Assembly (NCBI GenBank): GCA_951406725.2
Contig: OX597825.1
Coordinates: 434,001-498,000, forward strand
DNA length: 64,000 nucleotides
Source: Octopus vulgaris
Taxonomy: Eukaryota
Direction: 5' to 3'
Below the pieces are notes generated by a model. That model worked only from the letters and a program-made list of their open reading frames with translations, ran no database searches and was not told the DNA's origin. Below, one piece after another: positions 35,050 through 64,000 of the stretch. Made by a program: the position numbers and the translations under genes. Every line of letters starts with the position of its first letter. Position 1 is the first letter of the stretch.

Positions 35050-35370
35050 TGCCGGCCCCGTGTCGGTGGCACATAAAAGCACCATCCGTTCGTGTCCGTT
35101 GCCAGCATCGCCTGGCCCCGTGCCGGTGACACGTAAAAGCACCATCCGTTCGTGGCCGTTCGCCAGCTCTGTCTGGCACCTGTGCAGGTGGCACGTAAAA
35201 AACACCCACTACACTCGCGGAGTGGTTGGCGTTAGGAAGGGCATCCAGCCGTAGAAACACTGCCAGATCTGACTGGGCCTGACGAAGCCTTCCAGCTTCA
35301 CAGACCCCAGTTGACCCGTCCAACCCATGCTAGCATGGAAAGCGGACGCTAAACGATGATGATGATGATG
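35050..35370 (+). mobile_element. RTE 3' UTR copy, CpG-intact (young)
   Basis: Three gtgccggtggcac-type modules and the canonical tail. Confidence 0.75.
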
Positions 35371-36569
35371 ACATCTTGCTGTCAGGCTTGGTCCTTGTCA
35401 CCAAGCGACGACCAGAAATGTCTTTCCCTCTACTTGCTTTGTTTATACTTTGTAATTTGCTGTAATTTTGTGGTCAAAATAAATGAATTGAAGTGAAAAA
35501 TTACAGTTGCTTTTCATGGAAGCACCAATCCACAGAACATGCTGTTAGCACAGCAAACCTTGGGTTTGGAAATGAATGCTACATCACACATGCATAGGGT
35601 GGAAGGGAGAGTTGTAAAATATTAATCTTTTACTTGTTTCTGTCATTAGACTGTGGCCATACTGGAGCACCACCTTCAAGAAGTTTAGTTAAATCAAACT
35701 CCGTACTTTTTTGTTTTGAAGCCTAGAGCTTATTCTATTAGTCTATTTTACTGAATTGCTAAGGTACAGGGATGTAAATGAACCAACACCAGTTGTCAAG
35801 CAGTGATGGGGGACAAACACATACACACACGTGTATGTATATATATATATATATATATATATACATACACACATGTGTGTGTATATATAATATATCTGAT
35901 GGGCTTTCTTCAGTTTCTGTGTACCAAAGGTAGATAAATTAAAAAAAAATTTTTTGGAACAGTGGATCTTGAAGGAAATAAAACTATAAATAATAGCATG
36001 TAAGTATTGAATAAAAAATTCTTTGGCTAGTAAAAGTGAAAGGCTACTTGTTGGGCATGAACCCACATCTTCAGGGAGTTTACCGTTGACTACAAATAAT
36101 CCTTTGAGTTTCTCTATTCATTTGAGGAAGTTTATTCTTACAAGAAAAAAAATGTCTGTTAATATAAGAATTTAGAAACTGAGAGAGAATGTGAAATTCT
36201 TTTTAAGAATGGCTATATTTACTTTAAGACTCACCATTCCTAAAAAGAATTATTTCACATTTTAAATTCTTATTTTCCAATAAAATATTTTTTTTATTTT
36301 TCATTTCTGCTTTTTTTGTTCCACTTTCAAATTTTGCCAAAGTCAATTTCACTTTTATCCTTTCAATATTGGCAAGATAAGCACCAGTTTAACACTGAGT
36401 TTGATATAATTGACTAACATCTCCCACTAAAATTGCGGGCATTGTGCCAAAATGTGAAAGCAATATATTTTGAGGAATTTCATTTCAGTGACTTTACTTT
36501 TTAAATTTTATTGATATAAAACAGAACTAGAAAGCAAAAACTAAATGATATATATATATATATATATAT

Positions 36570-36820
36570 TGCTGGATGTGCAATGTCAGTGTGTATGTTC
36601 GACAGAGTGTAAAGCATCTTGAGAGAAAAGCTAGGCATAAGAGGCATCAGATGTGGTGTGCAAGAGAGACGACTACACTGGTATGGTCATGTGGTGCATA
36701 TGGATGAGGACAGTTGTGTAAGGAAATGCTGATCTCTAACTGTAGAGGGAGCTTAAGGTAGAGGCAGGCCCAGGAAGACATGGGACAAGGTGGTGAAGCA
36801 ATGATTAGTGACCAAGACTT
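36570..36820 (+). mobile_element. RTE ORF2 C-terminal fragment
   Basis: LREKLGIRGIRCGVQERRLHWYGHV..GRGRPRKTW remnants. Confidence 0.7.
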
Positions 36821-37034
36821 TGTTATTTATTTTTTCTGGATAAGATGTCACTATATTTCAAGTAACATATATATATATATATAGTATGATTAACTCAGAT
36901 AGGGTGAGTGAATATAACTGTTGGTTAATTGGTGGATGGGAGTGCGATCTCTGGGTCTCTGGGTTAATCACAGAATTTGCTTCAGCATAATTAGTGTGAT
37001 TAATCACTATAAATAGTGTGACTGAGTCAGAGAT

Positions 37035-38082
37035 TGATTTACTAAAACATGTCCGTGCCACGTCTCGTGAATACTCCTACCTGTTGTGCCATGCTGTGCC
37101 AAGGCAGTTTGCTAAAACTTGTCCTTCCTGTTGTGCCAAGCCGAGCTAAGGCTTCTTCCTGGTGTGTCGTTCCGTGCCAAGTTAAGGCAGTTTGCTAAAA
37201 CTTATTTTCCCATCGTTGTGTGCCATGCTGAGTTAAAGCTTCTTCCAGGTTTGTTGTAACTCGCCACATTGAGGCTCCTTCTTGTCCTGTCGTGTTGTGC
37301 AGGGTTAAGGTTCTCTCCTATTGTGATGTGCCAAGTTGAGGATCCTTCCCATTGCACGGTGCCAACTTAAGGCAGCTTGCTAAAACTTGTCCTTCTCATC
37401 ATCCTGTGAAATGCCAAGTTTGTAAAAGCTCAGTACAACTGGAAGGTCAAGTTAAGTTAAGGCTCCTACCAAGCATGTCATGCCGTGCCAAGTTAAGGCT
37501 ACATGCCATCGTGTCGAGTTAAGGCTCATTCCTGTTATGTAATGTTGTGCTGAGTTAAGGTTCTTACCTGTCGAGCCGTGCCAAGTTAAGGCAGTTTGCT
37601 AAAAATTGTCCTTCCGGTAATGCCATGCTGTCTTAAGGCAATTTGCTAAAACTCTCCTTCCTGTCAAGCTGTGTTAAGGCAGGTTGCTAAAACTTGTCCT
37701 TCCCATCATGTTATGCCATGCCAAGTTGAAGCAGTTTGCTAAATCTTTCCTTCCTGTCAAGCCGTGTTAAGGTAGTTTGCTAAAACTTGTCCATGCTGTG
37801 CTGAGTTAAGGTTCTGTCATGTCATGCATGCCGTGTTAAGGCAATTTGCTAAAACTTTCCTTCCTGTCAAGCCATGCTAAGGCAGGTTGCTAAAACTCGT
37901 CATTCTTGTTGAGCCGTGTTAAGGTAGTTTGCTAAAATTTGTCAATCCTGTGCTGAGTTAAGGTTCTGTCATGTCATGACAAGTTGATGCTCCTTCCTGT
38001 TGTGCCGTGCCAAGTTAAGGCTCCTTCCTGGCATGTTGTGCTATGCCGTGTTAAGGCAGTTTTGCTAAAACTTGTCCTTCCC
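37035..38082. repeat. Degenerate modular minisatellite
   Basis: About 12 copies of ttaaggcagtttgctaaaacttgtccttcc interleaved with gtgccatgccgtgccaagttaaggct variants. Confidence 0.8.
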
Positions 38083-38099
38083 CACTACCATCATCATCA

Positions 38100-38635
38100 T
38101 TATTATTATTATTGAGTGAAAGAGCAGTGCATGCCATCAAAGTGACACAGGGGTAAAATATACAAAGCCCAGTATACCAATCATGACTACCCGTCTGATA
38201 AGGGTACACTAGGCACATGCATCACAACCATATGTGCGCAACATGGTGATCTTATATCACGATAAGCAGCATATGACCTTGCAGGTGGGGCCCAGTTAGA
38301 ATTTTCTTCTGGTCAAGTAATCCAACCCACTCAAAAGGTCTTTGAATAAGGGTTGTTTAAGGATGTTGAACAAAACACCAAAGAATCCCTCTCAACACAT
38401 GGCTATGATGCTCCTCCACTACTTCTGCTCATGATCAGAGATGCACATATCGTCAGCCACTAAGGGACTTGCTCAACTGGTTATGGTCAAACAACTGACA
38501 AGCAAATCTGTGGTATTGAGCAGAATATTTGCTGTAACCCATCTTTTATACCAAGACAAAACAATGTACATGATAACACTTCCAACCAGTTAAGATCAGA
38601 AGCCATGAGAACCACTGCCTGGTACTGCATCAGGG

Positions 38636-38668
<33 letters not shown>
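38100..38668. mobile_element. Unclassified interspersed element flanked by (ATT)n
   Basis: GC-richer block bounded by (ATT)n on both sides, typical of a retroposon insertion into a microsatellite; family not assigned. Confidence 0.4.
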
Positions 38669-41012
38669 TACTACCTCATCTAAATAAATATCAGAATGAT
38701 TTGGGGAGACAGACGGTGTTGATTATTTTGTTTCTTACACGAAGATGATGACAGTACGTCACAGCTTAACCCTTTTGATAGTAATCTGCCTCAGATCAAC
38801 CCTGCTTATGATATAATCCTCCCGTTTTAAAGGGATTGAAAGTAAAACCTTCCATCAAAACTTCATGTTAATTTGTGCTCCAGGTCCCAGATGAATAATA
38901 AAATTATTTTACTAGAGATTTCATTATATTCAAGATTAATTGAAATAGAAGAGCATTTCAACAGAAATTTGGTAAGATTGCTATATATACACCCACTTAA
39001 AGAAGATGTACAACAATACGTTTAAAATAAAATAGTGAACAGTGACTGATAGCCTGTGGGGAGGGATTCCAATAAATTTGTTGTTTGCTTCTTTTTTGTC
39101 TATATAGAAAAATGAAAAACAGGAAATCAAAAAGCTAGAAAGAAGGAGAAACTTCCAATCATGGTAAGTTTTGTAAAATAATCCTAATTTTGGCAAAAGG
39201 CCCACAATTCTGAGGTGAAGGGGTCAGCCAAATACATCAAATCTCAAGCACTTGACTTACACTTGAAGGATGAAAGGCTAAGCTAACATTGGTAGGATTT
39301 GAGCTCAGAATGTAAAGAGCTGAAAGGAATGTTGCTAACAATTCTGCTGTCTGACTGCCTCAATAATGATAACAATAATAACGATAATCTTTTCCACTAT
39401 AGGCACAAAACCTGAAATTTGGGGGAGGGAACCAGTCAATTACATCAACCCTAGTACTCAACCGATACTTAGTTCACTGACCCCAAAAGGATGGAAGGCA
39501 AAGTCAACTTCAGCGGGATTTGAACTCAGAATGTAAAGCGGGAACAGATGCTGCCACATTTTGTCTGGTGTGGAAATAAGTCTCGCAGCCTGCCACCTTA
39601 ATTATAATAATTAAACACATTCAATTATAATTCACTAAAATGAACTGTTTGTACAATCAGATGGGGTTAGTGGTGGTGGTGGGACAATCAGCAGAAATAA
39701 TTAAACCAAAAAGATGATATTAAACAGGTTGAAGACTCTCAAATCAATCAGGTGTTATCAAATAAAAGATACATTGGATAAACACCACAGAATTTAACAG
39801 TTGAAGAACCATCAGTCTGCGAATATAATTCAGAGAAGCTTGAGAAAACACAGAAGTACTCTTCCATCACTTGGAATTCTGAAATAATGAGTCAACAGCC
39901 AAATAGAAATTATATGCATATAATAATTGTATTTAAGAATCACACACACACTGAGTTACCTTACTGTATCTGCAGCAAATTAAAGCAGAAAATTCTAAAA
40001 ATATTTACAAGACTATAATTTAATGATCACCACCAAATTTTTTAATTTTTGTCTTTTTTTAATCATGAAACATTCTGACAATAGTTAAACCATTGTCTCA
40101 AATAACTTTCCTAATAATACCATAATTGATTTTGTTTCCAACAATTTTAATTTTAATTATAAGAAATCTGATTACAGAACTAAAATAATTAGTGTAAAAT
40201 CATTTTAAAGAAAATTAAAATGTAATGGAAAAAAAAAAGGAACAAATTGGTAATGGAATGATAGTTTTAATATTCTGATGTAGCAAATCATATTTTCATT
40301 TTCTTTTCACTTGTTGATGAAAGAGAAAATTTGATTCATGTGAAATAGGAGAACATCATGTTGGTACTTCTAGTTTCACTAAACAATCTCTCTCCTACAC
40401 AGAGAAATTCGGATAAAAAAAAAGCTTATTTTTTGCTTAACGAGTTTAAGACAAAAAAAAAAAAAACCTTTCTGCAAAGTAAATAAACCTTATAGCTAAT
40501 CCCTTATTTCATCCCTTCTAGAATTGTCAGTGAAAATCGCTAAAGCAATTTTGCACGCACTCCCCCTCTATGCCCCTGAAATATAAACACAAAACTAATC
40601 CAATTAGTTTAATATAGAAAGAGTATACTGAGGGGGGGGGGGAGTAATGAATTCCTTTAATTTATAATGAATGCAGCATTTTAACGTGTTTTTAAGGTTT
40701 AGGAAATTGAACAAGTATGCTTTTGGGTTTTGTTAAGTTGGCTGCTAGCGATACATATCACAAACAATTCATGTCAAGAGACCAATTTTAAATAAAGCTC
40801 AGTTTAATCATCAGGAGATGCTATTAAAATAATTTACAATTGTAAAGAAAAGAAAAAAAAATTTTAGATTTACATCTTATTTCACACACACACACACACA
40901 CGCATGCATACACAGAGAATTGGGGAGATAAATGAGTGGCCCCCACAAGATAATAATACATCAGATTAGTAAACTGGACTTCAAAAAAAGAAGTATTGTT
41001 TCATTATATAAA

Positions 41013-41550
41013 TATAGATGTTTTCGATCTAGTTTGAATTCTTTGCAATCAAATTTGAATTCTTTAATTGGTGCTCAAGCCTTGAAAAAAAAAAGCCGTA
41101 AGGGAATACATGTCTATCTTATCTAACTCGTCCAGTAGAGCCCACCAATTGATATCTGAAAAGTTCGATGAAATAACTCATGAACACTGCGATAGCTTCT
41201 ACCAGATGTTCTTTTATGACGATCAGTCTGAACAAGGGGAGATAATAGGAAAAGAATCATTCGTATATTATCTCCCCTTGTTCAGACTGGTCGACGACGT
41301 AAATATGTTGAAGCATCCTTTGGTAGAAGCTATCGCAGTGTTCACGAGTTATTTCATCGAACTTTTCAGATATCAATTGGTGGGCTCTACTGGACGAGTT
41401 AGATAAGATAGACATGTATTCCCTTACGGCTGATGTAGTTTAACTCTTTTTTTTTTTCAAGGCTTGAGCACCAATTGAAAAATTCAAATTTGATTGCAAA
41501 GAATCCAAATTCGATGGCAAAGAATCCAAACTAGATCGAAAACATCTATA
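41013..41550. mobile_element. Palindromic (fold-back) MITE-like element with TA termini
   Basis: Left arm 41013-41247 is the near-perfect reverse complement of 41266-41550; 18-nt loop; partial second copy at 49242-49363. Confidence 0.85.
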
Positions 41551-42103
41551 AATAATTGGAGCAGAGTCTCAAGCTTATGTTTTTTTGGTTTTTTTTTTGT
41601 TTTATTCCTTGGTGTAAGGTAAGTAATGGATTTCAATGAAGGTAACACATAAACCTCTTGAAGAACGTTTATGAGAAGGCCTAGCTTTAGGGTATGATCG
41701 CCCCACCCCTGTCTCTAATAAGTGACTTCCACACTGCAACATGTGGCACACATGTAGCCGGCATAGATTGCATTCAGTAAAAAGTACCAACGTCGCACAA
41801 TCATACAACATGTGGCTTTATGCATAATAAAGATATGCGGAAATAAACCCCACATTCACCAAATTAATACAGAGGAACAGATCTCTGTATTTCTAAAACT
41901 CATTGATAAAAATGAAGACCAGCCGATTCTATCAGGCAATAGTTCTCTGGGAGTGATTTTTATTTTTGGTTATGTCCACTTCTGGTTTTGTTAGCCTGAC
42001 AGTTGGCTGACAACCAATACGGGCACAGACAGTCTCTATTTGTTTGGATCAAAAGTTCTTTACGTTCTCAAACATTTATTCCATCTTTAAGCACCAGGAA
42101 TCA

Positions 42104-63583
<21,480 letters not shown>

Positions 63584-64000
63584 CTTGAAAATTAAGCCAA
63601 AAACAACAATTAAGAGAAGAATATTGAAATAAGAAAATAAACTGTAACCAACTAATTTCCACAGAAGTACACTTACTACACACACACACACAACTTCCAA
63701 AGCTGTAGGAACACAATTTTTTCAATGTTGTTATTTTCTGCATTGTCTTGTTTTCAGAGGGATTGTGCTGTAGCTGTTACCTTTGCAGGTGCTCTTAGAG
63801 TGTCGAGATCAAAATGGTTAACACTCCTGTCAAATAGCTATGAGGGTCAGCTGAAATGTTCATAGGCTGACCAAGATACTCTCATGGAATGTGACCAAAT
63901 GGGGTTTAGTTTCCAACTTGCCCCACACCCCTCTTGGAGTCCACTTTTTCCATCAGTGCCGAAGTGCTTGGATTCCATTGGTGAAGAAGCTTTCATTCTG

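Noticed and set aside
37035-38082. CRISPR-like repeat/spacer appearance
   Set aside because: Eukaryotic context, degenerate repeats, spacers related to each other and variable in length, no cas genes.
41110-41406. 98-aa ORF across the palindrome
   Set aside because: Incidental reading frame within an inverted repeat; no protein similarity recognised.
42005-42040. Minus-strand ETVCARIG resembling a duplicate FATC end
   Set aside because: Short chance similarity in the 3' UTR with no splice acceptor or CPFW terminus.

Overview
This is AT-rich, microsatellite- and retroposon-dense metazoan genomic DNA. The repeat families resemble those of octopus; the species is an inference. Two spliced genes converge. 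(1) On the + strand is a complete 6-exon gene (10378-29635, 452 aa, all GT-AG phases consistent) encoding a secreted S1 serine protease: signal peptide, Arg/aromatic-rich segment, peritrophin-A/CBM14 chitin-binding domain, Ser/Thr linker, then an intact His/Asp/Ser domain with a non-trypsin pocket and a Met|IVGG activation site. (2) On the - strand are the last nine coding exons of mTOR (63583-42104: kinase C-lobe, regulatory insert, FATC ending CPFW*). The rest is RTE and CR1 LINE fragments, tRNA-derived SINEs, Helitron, mariner, hAT and piggyBac-type relics, and satellites. The most notable observations are: a C4HC3 PHD finger inserted inside the reverse transcriptase of the dominant RTE family, whose 3' UTR is a modular hairpin array; a ~540-bp fold-back element just downstream of the mTOR stop codon, plus other long hairpins in mTOR introns; oppositely oriented 31-bp minisatellite arrays bracketing protease exon 3; and an mTOR His codon at a conserved Arg position that A-to-I editing could restore. 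Exon coordinates were read base by base; repeat boundaries are approximate.
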